From NCBI GenBank assembly GCA_010093815.1, contig ML996572.1: DNA of 64,000 nucleotides. The stretch is one strand, 5' to 3'. Positions 1 through 12,800 of this stretch are shown piece after piece; the first letter of the stretch is position 1, and every line of letters starts with the position of its first letter. The stretch comes from Pseudovirgaria hyperparasitica (taxonomy: Eukaryota). The translations under genes were made by a program, and so were the position numbers. The notes below the pieces were generated by a model. That model had not been told where the DNA came from, did not search any database, and saw only the letters and a list, made by a program, of their open reading frames with translations.

Positions 1-959
1 TTATCTACCCTACTCTATCTCATCTTAACAGAAGTAATCTAACTAACCGGATTGAGATTTTCCCGTCTTGGCAATATTTTTGAGGTGTAAAAACTGTAAA
101 TTGAGCTTGTATTCTCTATTAGAATTTTTGACCAGATTGAGCTTGTATGGATTCGAATTGTAATTATGTGCCAAAGTCTGATTTCTGGCGACAAGCTCAT
201 TGATCAATCTATGATCAATGCTGGTTGAATGAAGACAATGGCTTCGATCTATGTTTAATCTGTTTTGAGTATAGCGATCATCTCTTAGGACATGACCCCT
301 TTCTTACCGAGATGATATATGATCGAATGATTTTTATTCTTCAACGAAAACTCATATCAACATAGAACTCGATTTTGCCATTAAATGTGGCATTTGCCAC
401 ATCCAAAACTACGATAGACCGTCAAGAGTTGCAGCACGTTCTCTTATGCCCATAGATCAAGGTAATGAACAATACATGTACAACAGTTCATCGCGTTAAG
501 CGAGGCGAAAATGTAGTTTAATCAGCTGAGCCTGTACACGAACCCAAGATAGTGAGAAAACCATCATTGCGTAATATCGCTCCGCAAGTATGAGGAGCTG
601 TAAGCCACTACCACGAGGTATTCGCCTATCACTCAGCCCTCACGTACATAGGTCGTGTCAATGAGCGCCACAATTCCCCACTACGCAGAGTATAACTGTC
701 CACTACATCTCTACACGAAACAGTGCACACTGAAACATGGTTTGCCTTGTGTCAGTATCTGTTAGGATTCGGGGAATGCATTTAGCTCGTGAATGTTACC
801 AGCATGTTGATCCTTGTAGCGCAGTGGCTGTACAGTCAGCGTCGCAGTGGCCAAATGGAAACATATGATCATACTTATTCAAAGCGAGACTTTAGTTGTT
901 AGTGTCTGCTCTTCATCTTCTCACTTGTAGTAACTTGACACAACTGGAGGGCCATCGTC

Positions 960-2066
960 ATGCGGAACATTACATGCCATACTATACTCGCTCTTGGGGC
1001 ACTGAGTCCTCTATGTCTTGCTCGAACCTGCGAAACCATCATTATTCCTATCAGTGCGACTGCACAGAACAGAGTGCTTCCGGAGTCTCTCACAATTTCG
1101 TCTTTTACATCAGAGCTCCTCTCTTCGATACCCAACATACCGCCGACTACAGTCTCTGCTCCAGTGAACATCAGCGCAGTATACTGCACTCCGTCACCCA
1201 ATCCTCGCTCTTCCACTCTACAGATTCTCGTACATGGAGTCACCTACACGTCTAGCTACTGGGATGGTCTTGACACTGGCGATGGCACCTACTCCTGGAC
1301 ATCTTACGCCAACACCCAGGGTTACGCGACCCTCGCCATCGACCGCCCATGCAACGGAGCGTCCACTCGTCTGCAAAGCATCGCCGAATGCCAGATTCCT
1401 CTGAACGCAGATGTCGTCCACCACCTCGTACAAGCTGCTCGAGGTGGCACTCTCCCTCTGTCTACACCACGCACATTCAACAGCATCATCATCGTTGGTC
1501 ACTCCCTCGGCAGCGTCATTTCAAACTTTCATGGCCAAATATATCCAAACGATGCAGACGCGTATGTCCTCACTGGTTTCTCACCCGTCCTCGTAAATGG
1601 CCTTCCGGCTATACTGGGCATTGGCTTGACACCTGCGTCGGCTGGTCTTCATGTGGGATATGTCAAGATCGGCTTCGAGGCCGGCCAGAGGTTTATGTTT
1701 TATCATGGCCAATACAGCACCTCGCTCCAGCATGCCGACTTTCTTCGTGGCGGTACATTGGCCCTAGGTGAGGCGGCGACGGGGTTATTAGGACAATTGC
1801 CTGTTCCTGCGTACACAGGAGCTGTGTTCGTACTCAATGGGAACGAAGATACGGTGTTTTGTCAGCTTCTGCCTGTCGGCAGTTTGCTGGGAATGATGGG
1901 ACATTGCGATGCTGGGCCGAGTCAGGGAGTGCAAGCTTTATATCCAAACGCAAGGGCTTTCAGTTTGTTCGATGTTCAGAATACCGGGCATTGTTTGAAT
2001 ATGCATCATACTGCGCAGCAGGGGTATGAGAAGGTGCATAAATTTCTTGAGGCACAGGGGCTGTAG
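960..2066 (+). CDS. Secreted alpha/beta-hydrolase fold protein (esterase/lipase-like), 368 aa, single exon
   Basis: Hydrophobic N-terminal signal; oxyanion-type LVHG; nucleophile elbow GHSLG (GxSxG); C-terminal Asp (GNEDTVFC) and His (TGHCLN) consistent with a catalytic triad. Confidence 0.85.
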   Translation: MRNITCHTILALGALSPLCLARTCETIIIPISATAQNRVLPESLTISSFTSELLSSIPNIPPTTVSAPVNISAVYCTPSPNPRSSTLQILVHGVTYTSSYWDGLDTGDGTYSWTSYANTQGYATLAIDRPCNGASTRLQSIAECQIPLNADVVHHLVQAARGGTLPLSTPRTFNSIIIVGHSLGSVISNFHGQIYPNDADAYVLTGFSPVLVNGLPAILGIGLTPASAGLHVGYVKIGFEAGQRFMFYHGQYSTSLQHADFLRGGTLALGEAATGLLGQLPVPAYTGAVFVLNGNEDTVFCQLLPVGSLLGMMGHCDAGPSQGVQALYPNARAFSLFDVQNTGHCLNMHHTAQQGYEKVHKFLEAQGL

Positions 2067-4311
2067 GCTACGGAACCGGACTACGAGTAGTTGCACTAGG
2101 AGTCTGGCATGTACAATGATGGCAAAGCTGCGGTGAGACTATGGCTGTATAGAAGTAAAATGAGAATTGTCTTTCATGTGCAGGTGTTGTAGCTTCGTGT
2201 AGTTGTTAACCACTTGTATATCGATACTCATGGTAGTTTTGGCGCATAGTGTACTCTGTCCAGGCTTTGAACTCGAGGCAGTGTTCAAAAATATCAATTA
2301 GATGTTTTGCAGTGATAACATATGTTTAGAGGCGATACTGAACATCAGCTCAGATTTTTTGTTTTCAAAGACCGAAGCACTATCCAAAAGAATTGCTCAG
2401 CGGGTTTTCGTATTGTTTACAAATGTAGTCGGTTGATTTTTCATCCCTACACAATCTACGACACGAACGATATATAAATCGCTAGTTGGCTAACTTTGCA
2501 AGGACATGTCCCCATGCTGATTTTGCTGGGTTCGAACGCGTGTAATGGGGTATTTTGTCCTATTGCTGGCTATGTGACACATAAGACTATTTACCTGAGA
2601 AGGAACAGGGTTGTCAGAGTATACGTAATAGTCTCAGAGCGTCAGCTACGAGGAAAGAAAAGCCTAAGATAGAGATTTACATTCAACTACTAATCTACCA
2701 TTGATAACAAAGCTTGGTCTCATTATTCATATTGAAGAACGTCACCTTAGTCAAGTAATTTCTCATAGGGGGTGTCAATAGTTCTGCATGGCAAACGCAT
2801 GCCGACTGAAACTCTAACTTCTATGGATGTCTGATGTGATATGAATGACTGCAACTATCGATTGACAGCCATCACTATATGGCTGAGGATTCATTCATGT
2901 GTATTATACTAGTCCGTCCTACGATCGATCTTGGTATGATAGGGGAAGATTGAACACAGATAGCACAGAGAAGTGGAACAAAACCTCATGCCGTTTCGCG
3001 AGGAATTAAAAAGATCATTCAAACTCATTTTAATAGCGAGAGTTGAAGAGTAGACCTTTGTTTATGAATCGCTTTGTTAGTGAGCTTTGTTTGTCTGCCT
3101 CATTCGAAGAGAGCTAAGATCTTTGTCTCTGTAACATTTATCTTTCGTCCTTCTTTGTAGATTCGTTAAGGTAATCAAACAATGACCTCTTAACCGCTCA
3201 AGTATACTAAGTTCACTAACTCGAATACTCGAACCCCCTGACGGCTTTTGATCTGGGAGATTCCTCCCAAGTGGCTTACGGTGACACTGAAACTGTCAAG
3301 ACGCTTGCGTCATTGGTAAGTATAGGTTAAAAACAATAGGATGTGCAGCAAGTCTGTATCTTGACAAGGGATCAATCGATGGCGAGATTTGAGTCTGTCG
3401 AAGCAAATACTATCACATGGACCTCTGGAGATAAGTAGAGAAAGGATCGAATCGAGAATGCTCAGTACAATCTTCGTTATCTGCGGGAATTCTTCCACGC
3501 CGCAACTTGCTCGATTAGATCTCCAATTTTCGTATTACACTCACTAAGAGCAAACACAAACAGCTACATTAAAGTTTCGTTTCTGGTATGTTGTTATGCG
3601 GAAACCTTGAAACATGATGAGGTCCAGTCACATTCGCAAGTTACCCTGGCTCAAAGCGATGTGCCACATTGGATACACCGCTTTTGTCAGTTATGTTTCA
3701 AGCAATATAACGTTGATTGCTCACTTTGTACGCCGAGGTACGCTCCCACAAGGATTGAGCAGCCCCGTTTGCCGGATTTGCTGCATCACGATACTACTGT
3801 TACCGGATTGGGGAGATCTCGTGGAGATTCGATGTCATTATTCTCGACAACTGGTCGTGAACCATGTCCATTATCACATTTATAACAACATACGTAATAC
3901 ATTCAAAACATTTAACCATCCTCTTCACGACTGCTTCTTCCCAAATCAACACAAGCTCCACCTCTTAGTACAAGAACAATCCAAGATTCCCCAACAGAGT
4001 AAGACACCATCGGTCTGATGTTCCCAATACCAAATCGCACCAAGTTCATTTAAACTAAGTTCCTCAAGCGTGTGCCGTCCTGGCGTAGGTCAGATCTAAC
4101 TTCACCTCTGATCTAGCTATGCAGTGACCTGCAAAGACTACTGGCACCATCTTTCTGAAGTCTTGTATGTTAGCAAGGATGAAGGCTGGATCTGTTTGAG
4201 AAGTCTTTCCATGTTCTTGAGAACTCTATCAGACTAGGCATCGTCAGTTTTTGCCGTTACGAAGAGACTCAACTACTACGGCGTCCGAGATATCGTTGCG
4301 GTAACTGGTGG

Positions 4312-5541
4312 TCACTCATATTTCGATCGTAACCACCATTCTATGAGCGTCTCATCAATTTCTTCAGACTCATCGATCTTGAGTATATCTAGTGGTGCTT
4401 CGTCTTGCGGTATGCCTTTCTCTCCATCTATACCATCGAACTGAGGGAAGAGTTCCGGGTCATATATCTCATTACAGTATTGGGTCCAAAAGGCGTCAAT
4501 TTCAGGATCTGTTTCAAGACGGGCAACATTGGTAAAGGTGTCGTCAACACCAACATTTTCATCCATATGGTTCCAGTCGTACCACATGAAGTCAGGCTCT
4601 TGAAATGGCTTTGCTGGATACCTTTCTTGTGTGGATTCAGTCGATATATGTGGATACATGTCACTGATATCCACATCTGCCTCTGGGAACGAAGCAACAT
4701 GCATAGGGTTGCTCTCAAGCTGACACCCCGCTGCATCGACCCAGGCCCATTCCTGCCATGGATCATTCATGTTAGATCGTGCAGTCCTCGATTCAGTCCC
4801 GATATCGGTGGTCCAATTGTTCATGGCTTTCCAGTCAGGGTCCGCTGTATGCCCAATCGATGGCAATGTTTGATAGCACAAACAGTCAAGATATATGTTC
4901 TGGCCACAAGCCACGCAGCTCTCAAGTATCATATTTCCTTGGTCTGTGTGGTCTGTCCGTCTTGTGACATATGGATCTTTGGTCTCTAGTGGCTGTGCGG
5001 TCCACTGGCAGTCGTTGTGGACGGGATACCAGTTCCAAGATTCGACTTCGGCGTCGGACAACCCGTTATTGCGCACATCGTTCTGGTGAGATGTGAAAGC
5101 GCTGTTATATGGTTCGGAGATACTATTGTGCTCATATTGCTCTTCTGCCTGCGAAAAATTGCTGTAATCCATCTGCAGGAGGTCATAATGAGGCTGCCGG
5201 TCGGTGTGCTGCTCGGGGAGCAAGAATGCGGAATGAGGTGGAATATGGGGTCTTGTCATTCTTGAAGGAGTGGGCTGTGTAACTTTTCGTGGTGTGTCTG
5301 ACCTCCTAGCAAGTGTCGCGAACGGATCTTCCGTATCTACCGGTGCAAAGCCTTGCTTCTTCGGCCTGTAGACCCTTGTACTTTGCTCCTTTGTCGACGC
5401 TCTTTTCGCCTTCGACCTTGACCTTTCTTGGTCCACCCTGTCTGGCCCATGGCGCTTTCGTATGCGCGATTTTGCAGCAAAGGTATGTTCGTTCGTGTTC
5501 CTGAAGTCTGGTCCTCCTTTACTGTTCTCGTGGACCAGCAT
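4312..5541 (-). CDS. Hypothetical protein, 409 aa (basic N-terminus, acidic/Trp-rich C-terminus)
   Basis: Long ATG-initiated uninterrupted ORF; no recognised domain. Confidence 0.55.
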   Translation of the reverse strand: MLVHENSKGGPDFRNTNEHTFAAKSRIRKRHGPDRVDQERSRSKAKRASTKEQSTRVYRPKKQGFAPVDTEDPFATLARRSDTPRKVTQPTPSRMTRPHIPPHSAFLLPEQHTDRQPHYDLLQMDYSNFSQAEEQYEHNSISEPYNSAFTSHQNDVRNNGLSDAEVESWNWYPVHNDCQWTAQPLETKDPYVTRRTDHTDQGNMILESCVACGQNIYLDCLCYQTLPSIGHTADPDWKAMNNWTTDIGTESRTARSNMNDPWQEWAWVDAAGCQLESNPMHVASFPEADVDISDMYPHISTESTQERYPAKPFQEPDFMWYDWNHMDENVGVDDTFTNVARLETDPEIDAFWTQYCNEIYDPELFPQFDGIDGEKGIPQDEAPLDILKIDESEEIDETLIEWWLRSKYE

Positions 5542-6383
5542 GATCCCGGCTGTAATGTTGGTACAAGCTGGCTGATGAACGCAAATGTGAATAAGGGTGT
5601 GATAGACGAGAAAGATACAGAGAGGTAGGAGATCGGACGAGAGTATATGATGCGCTGAACATTGTGCTTACTGGAATGTTAAGAAGCAGAATAATGCCCA
5701 CTCTTTGTAGGTGGGATGTGACAATGTTATTGGGTGACATTATGAGAGAGGAACAGTGGTGATGCTTTGCTAGACACAATGGTTCAATGAGATGGTTTGT
5801 TCAGAGGATTCGGTGGATGAGTCCTGCGTGGTTCGGTGGAGATACCGGGTGCCTACGTACGGTGTGCGGGTCCACGAGCTCGATGGCTGTTTGGTATATG
5901 CGGACTTGCACACACACCTCACAAAATACAAAATGGTTATGCAGCAACTATCGCGAATGAATTACTTTAATAAAGATCGAGTTCGTACATTCAGCGTTCG
6001 AACTTTATGCTGTCTTTGTCAGACGGTGGACTACATGTTTCCCCTACTCTAGAGGGACCAAATCTCGTCTGTTCAGCAGAACTACTCGGTGTTTCTACCT
6101 ACTAGATTCCATCATTTGTGTCTACCAGGGGACGCATTTGCTGAATTTCGCTGCGAGGAATACCACTGTCGAATGTCCGACACTCTCTATATATTTGTGA
6201 TTGTAGCGTCAATGCCTAAACTTTATGATATAGAATGTCAATTAATCATGTAAATCATTCTGGTTTAAGTAGACATTACACGTAGGTATCAAAGAGCCCG
6301 ATTCTCTTACCCATACCCATATTTCATCACTCGTACACTGCCGTCTTAACGTTGTCCCCGACACTCAAATTGGTGGCAATTCT

Positions 6384-6690
6384 TCAAATGGTATCAAGAA
6401 AGCTTTTCTCCTGACCTTCAGCTTTGTAGCTAGCGCCAGGGAAACCATTGAACAGTGCCGAGTTGAAGTCTGCCAGTTGAGGGCATCCAAGCTTGCTCAT
6501 CAGTGGCTCGATCTGCTCAGTGACAAAACCCACCAACGACCATACGGCACCAAGAAGTGGGTCAGAGATGTCTGGTGTAACGGCTATACTCGCCTGCATG
6601 AAGAAACATGCTGCGTTGTTGCCCTCCGCCAAGGTCTCGAGGTTGAAAACACCCCCTGTCAAATCAGTGACATCGACACCGGCAAATGAG
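6384..6690 (-). pseudogene. 3' fragment of a heme-thiolate peroxidase (chloroperoxidase/peroxygenase family)
   Basis: Reads SFAGVDVTDLTGGVFNLETLAEGNNAACF...LGCPQL...FPG, typical of the C-terminus of long fungal heme-thiolate peroxidases; it abuts TpA-rich decayed DNA and no N-terminal PCP heme motif is seen upstream. Confidence 0.65.
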
Positions 6691-7800
6691 TGACCTACTT
6701 ATTTAATCTAATATAAGTAATCTTAATCCCTTAGTATAGATTATAATCTTAATCCGTACTTTTAGGGTAACTAATTATATAATCCTAATCCAGGACCTTG
6801 GATTGTATCCGATTGTATATGCTTACGTCTGGGCCTGGTTATTAGTAAGAAGGATCGAAATGCTATAATGATTGCCGGAAATCTCATCGTAATCTGCATT
6901 CATGAACTCCGGAGAATGCTCTTGGATGTGTGAACTCCATGCCCTCTTATCATTTATGGGAGGCAGACCACGGAAACTTGGAGGTCCGTTGGCTGTGTGG
7001 ACGCCGGATCGTAGAAGTTTATCGCACCACCAGTAGATATTCTCGTCAGCGATGTCGTTGTGAAGGTCTGATTCGACTGTTTGCCGACGACGGTCTGGGG
7101 CAAGATACGACCTCCTGCGGTTACCGTGTGCTCGATCTCCGTCACCCAATGGGTCGTTATCAGAGCCCTTGCTTAGGTTGTCGTCACTTCTAGACGTCAC
7201 CCTTACTATTCTTTAGACATACTCGGTTCTTCTACGTCTATTAATTTCAGACTAACGTTCCCAGTACCTATCCTCCTCCTCTATATACTGTGTTTCGTAA
7301 CTGTTACGGTTTTAATTCTTACGGGAGGACAGGTCCTAAACCGCTCTCCTGGAGTTTTTACCTTTTCTCCGCTGATTAGGAGCGGTGGACACTACTATTA
7401 CTATTTAGGTAATCATATCGGCGCTCATAACCGTAGGTAGAGCTCGAACCGGAGGGTTTAGGCTTTGCGAAATTCTTATCTCTTCTCCGCCTTCTCTCCT
7501 TTTGTCGTTCTGGTGTTATCGGACTGGCCGGTTTCCCTTTTCAGATCTTAGAGAGTTGTTTCGCCTGTGAGGCTCAAACTAGGCTTGCCGTCCTCGAACA
7601 GCACGACTTCATTACCCACGATGTATAATACCGTAGGACCCTTTGGTCTGTCCATCATTCGAAGGACCACCTTGGAACAACCGGGGTGGTTACTTGGCCT
7701 TTTAGGCCATAGGTGGTACGGCTCATCTCATACAGAGATGGCCCGGACGGCGAGGATATTTGGGATCCTTAATCTCGACAGCGGCTAAGAGAAGGAGGGA
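6691..7800. other. Decayed, RIP-like TpA-rich segment (degenerate gene or repeat)
   Basis: Very AT/TpA-rich 6691-6800 with three TAATC(T/C)TAATCC copies; TpA-rich 7200-7480; broken minus-strand ORF 6823-7200. Confidence 0.45.
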
Positions 7801-8635
7801 AGAATTGTTTATGATGATTAAGAAACCCTCAATCTTGACTGTAGGTGAGAGAATGGCAGCCGGGATGAGGAGAGGGGATGTGGTTGACGTTCTTGAAGTG
7901 AGATGCAAAGACTGCCGAGGTCGACAAATGCGCCCCGGCTGGTAATGTTACGTCATTATGGGTGTGTGTTTGTTGCTGTTGTTGAACATGGGCTACATTC
8001 ACCTGGCATCTGAAACAGTGACAAGTACGGCACTGTTCAAGATAAAGTCGTTAACGAGGCTAGGGATTGTTTCTCGGGTAGCCACATCAATATTAGGAAT
8101 TACCGTTTACGAAAAAGGAGGTAAGTGACTTAGGGGCAAGATCGCCTGCTGTTTGTACGAGTGAAGTGAAAGAACTACAGTACCACTGACTTTCCCATAG
8201 CAGCGGACGAATCGCATCATTACCATCTCTCCGTAGCATCAAAAGAATTGCATTATCTCTTTCCTTGTTTCCTTCACAGAATCGACCTTGTAACAATTCT
8301 TTTCCCTCGTACATGTAGGCAGTAGCTACGTCATCCACTCTCGTTGAATCGTGTCCAAAGTCCACACATACCATAGGATAATAAATCCCATGATAGTTAT
8401 AGCATATATCATGAACCCCAGCCTCAAAAGAAGCAAACAAAATCACCAGTGAAGCACCACCAGTGTTGAATATTCAATGATCCGCCCTCTCGGCCCTCAA
8501 TACCCCGAACCCCCGACCCAGCCCGCAGTCCACCTCCCAAGCACTCCCAAAACAACCACAGACCCTCACCTTCCCTTCCCTTCCAAATCCAAAACCAAGA
8601 TCCGACCATCAACATACACGGATACTCTTCGCAAA

Positions 8636-9836
8636 ATGCCTCCTCCTCCACCTCCTCCCCCAAAGATCCTAGATTCCCACATCCATCTCTGGCCCGCCAG
8701 CGCCGCCAACCCGCAGAGCCACACCTGGATGCAGACACAGCCGGGCCACACCCACCCACTCGCACACGAGCACAGCATATCCGACTACCTCGCCTCCTGC
8801 GGCACGCCCGCCCCGTCCGGCTTCGTCTACGTCGAGACTGACCGCGCGCTCCCTACGTCCCCACCCCCCGACTCCGACTCCGACTCCGACATATCCGACG
8901 CAGAACTCCGCCGCTACGCCGCCCAACCGCTCGAGGAAATCCGGTTCTTGAGACGGATCGTCGAGGGCGAGGGAGTATCCGAGGGCAACGGGGCCGAGCA
9001 CAAGGCGCTGCTAAAGGGGATTGTGCTGTGGGCGCCGGTGCATCTGGGTCCGAAGACACTGCGGCGGTATCTTGTGGTGGCGGAGCAGACTGCGGGAGCG
9101 GAGACGTGGGGCTTGGTGAAGGGGTTCCGGGTCCTGCTGCAGGGATGGCGGGACCGGGAGGGGTTTCTGCGGCTTGTGACTGGGGAGGCGTGGATTGGGG
9201 GGTTGGCGGAGCTGGGGGCGCGTGGGTTCGCGTTTGATGTTGGGGTTGATCAGCGGGGTGGGGGGGTTTGGCAGCTTGAGGGGGTGGTTGAGATGGTTGT
9301 GAGGTTGGGGAGGGTTGGGACGCGGCCGAGGTTGATACTGAGTGAGTTTGGAAGGGGGGGGCGCGGATTTCCTGGGATGTTGGTTGCTGATGAGGGGTGT
9401 AGATCATCTTTGCAAGCCGGATGTTAGGGGCCGGTTGCGGACTGCGGAGCAGTTGCGTGATTATGCTCGTTGGGTTAAAGTCATGGAGGTCTTGGCTGGG
9501 TTTCCGGATTATCCGGGCATATACGTGAAGCTTTCCGGAGCTTTCTCCGAGATGGAGGACCAGGACGAGTCGGATCCGCTGTCGACAGACGATATTGCTG
9601 AACAACTCAAACCTTGGGTCGATGTTGTTCTGAATGCATTTGGCCCTGATCGAGTCATGTTTGGGAGCGACTGGCCGGTGTGTAATGTTGGAGGACCGGG
9701 AGAAGGGAAATCCTGGAAGAGCTGGCAGGCGTATGTGGCAAAGGTTATTGCTGATCGAGGCTTGGAGTCTGACGACGAGACTGGGGCGTCGAAGATATGG
9801 GGAGGTACAGCATGCGAAGCGTACGGAATTACGTGA
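8636..9836 (+). CDS. LRA2: Amidohydrolase_2 family, probable L-rhamnono-gamma-lactonase; exons 8636-9341, 9403-9836
   Basis: Motifs ILDSHIHLWP, YVETDR, NHLCKP (formed across intron 9342-9402, GTGAGT..GCTGAT..TAG), YVKLSG, FGSDWPVC. Confidence 0.8.
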
Positions 9837-12800
9837 ACCTTCTCATGAAGAAGTATGTCACACTATGACTCCTGAGATCAGGCTGTTGCTGCAAACGAAT
9901 AGTAGAGAATGGGCCTCTAGACGAGATAGTTAGCAATGCTCGTGAAGATCAGCTGTTGAAATGCACATCACAACTCACAAAATCTAGGCCTTGGAAGACC
10001 ACCCTCTCTTATCACCCCTCTGATATTCTGCCAAACGTCGTCTGCAGAGATGATCACATCCCACCCAACAAAGACACCGCCATCCGACCAAAGCCATCAT
10101 ACTCTCCCCGTACGCCATATCAAAAACAGAGATACGTATACTCACCCCAAAGAAGCCCCCCCCCAACCAATCTTGCTCCACACAATCACCCTCTCCAGTC
10201 CCAACAACACAAACATCCAAGAACCCACAACACATTCCCACTACACACCATCATGACAACCTAGCACTCACCTCAACTCACAAACCCAACCCCACGGTCC
10301 ACCCGCCTCGGAACCAAGCACTCGATAATTATCCCAGCCAGACCCAGCCAGAGTCCTCGTCTACAACCCCACCTCTGCTCACATCACGCCATACCTAAAT
10401 ACAAACACACACAAACCATCACGCCCACACACACATACACAGACCATCACGCCCATGCCTACCAACCCACACGAGTATCAACAGCCCCAGAGGCCCTAAT
10501 ACACAACCCAAGAAACCAACAATGCTGCGCACTACCAGCGTGCTCATATCACACCCCTGACACTCATCTGTGAAACTCCATGTCCATCGCGGGATTTTAT
10601 ACAGTAAGTATACCGCACACAAACGGCGGATAAGACGGTACGTAGTACGTACTACGTGCTACGTATGCTAGGGGAGGAGGAGGAAGAAGAAGAAGTAGAA
10701 GAAGAAGAAGAGGATAGGATAGTAAGTACGGTTTGGCGCTAGATGCCAAGTTGGCACAGACGCAAGAGAGCAAGACCCGGGAAAAATAAAAACAGTAGTG
10801 TAGATTATCTATTCATGCCCGAGCGAGCGTCTGTCAAAAGCATGGATGGCTATGTTGCGCGAACAGTAAGTAGCTCGTTCGTCTGCTTGCCTCGAAAGAA
10901 AGAAAAGTGGTTGATGTGATTGATTGTTTGATAGGTTGATGGATGGGATGGGATGGATGGATGGATGGACGACTCGTGCGAAACGACAAAAAATCTCTCG
11001 AGGTAATTGATTCAATCAGAATATCCGAGTCTGACACCTAATTGATTACCAGACCTTAGTTACTTAAAACCCCAACCAACCAACCAACCAACCCTACCTA
11101 CTTCAAAGAACCAAGGAGCTAATTATTATATCTAGCTAGCAAGGATCACAAAACGTGTCTTAATTATCAACCGAACTAATACATACCACCAGTCCCTCTC
11201 CCCAAAAATCGAAAAAACCAACCAATAAGAACACAGCAGTCAGTCACCGATGACGACTTTTTCCAATCCCATCAACTTTTTTTTCTTTTTCCCTCTACTA
11301 TTTTTTGAATCTTGAAAAGAAAATCGAAACATATCTGACCATAAAGACAATCAGGCTTCCGCGGATTCGTCAGAATTCTTTTTTTAGCGTACTTAAGTCG
11401 TGTTTTGGATAATACGCATGCATAATTATAGATGATGATGATAGTGATGATATCAGTAGCACTGGGTATTAGTGTGTGTGTGTGTGTCGCAGCATGTCAT
11501 GCCATCGCATGATGAACGGTGACACCTTGACAAGAACATTCCACGAAAGCCTGTTAATAAGATGCGCAGTGGTATAGGCATAGGAATTACTTTGTTTATA
11601 AAAGCATCAACACCGAGGAGTAATGCCTCCTGTGCATGGCGCAAAGGTGTTGTTGCATGCAAGAATCTGCGAATGCTCCTGAAGGCGAAATGGCAGGCAA
11701 ACATTTCGCGTGGAATGACGCGTTGAGTCACACCTCCGACCAGGCACCAGGTCTGAGCTCTCCATCCAGAAGATGTCGTTCCACAGACACAGTGAAGGGC
11801 CCCCCCCACCCCTGGTCGATAATATTATATATGGACTGCGGATTATAAGAGAACAGTGTCAGGGTCCGATGAGAGAGAGAGCAGGCTGCAGCGCAGATTG
11901 ACATTCTTGAAACCTTTTTGTTCCCCAGTGCAGTCCTCCTGCAAGACGAGAACCGAGATTTCTACATCTGAAACGAAGAATGGAGAAAAGAATTGGTTGT
12001 GTATCGATAAGGCAGATGAGTAGGCCCCCGAGGAGGACGGCGGCGGTGGACCTAGACCCAGCAAAGCGCAGGCAAGGTGCAGATGAGGCTCAACGGCTCA
12101 TGATCCGGGAAGCTAATAATTAGTCGAACGGGCAAAGGAAATAACGTTGGGCAGCCACAATTAGAGCCGTCTGGGTAGCTGGAACTGACTCGTACGGAGG
12201 AAAAGTGTTCCTCCAGTGAGGGCGAATTGATAGTGATCGCCGACGATCGACAGGGGCAATCCAGCAGGGCTTGGCATCCCAGGGCAGCGGCATCGGTGGG
12301 GGGGTGAGAACCGAACTGTACGCGGTGTATGAGTGTACCAGTTCCAGAAGATGAGACGGTGCAACGGTGCGAGGCCAGGTCACAGAACTTGAGGAGCGGG
12401 TTCCGGATGCTTAGCCATGTCCATGAGAGAGCAGTGCGGCTCGGCGCGCGAGTAGATGACCCAGAATGGTGCTCAGTTGTGTGTGTGGCACATGTACCTT
12501 GTGCAGCAGAAGAAAGTCTCCATCGGTATAGAATTCACGGCAGTATTACAAGGATATACAGCTTATGTTCCCAATTTGATAGCACACACCGGGTACAACA
12601 GTCGACCAGGAGAAGGTTGGTGATGCTGATGATACTGCCTCGGCAAAGACGTTTTGTGGAGACATACCTAACAGCGACGGCGATGCTTCTGCGCAGTCGA
12701 CACGAGGGAGGAAAAAGCCATGTCTTGGAACGGTGACTCTTTTCGAACATCCTGCTCCACATTCCACGTGTGAGCGGAGATGCATGGAGAGAGGAGGGAG

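Noticed and set aside
2900..4300. Possible gene or TE relic (ORFs 3310-3498, 3614-4018)
   Set aside because: No recognisable domain, terminal repeats or coherent exon chain
8093..8446. 117-aa minus-strand ORF upstream of LRA2
   Set aside because: Non-ATG start, no motif, and it does not supply the missing peroxidase N-terminus
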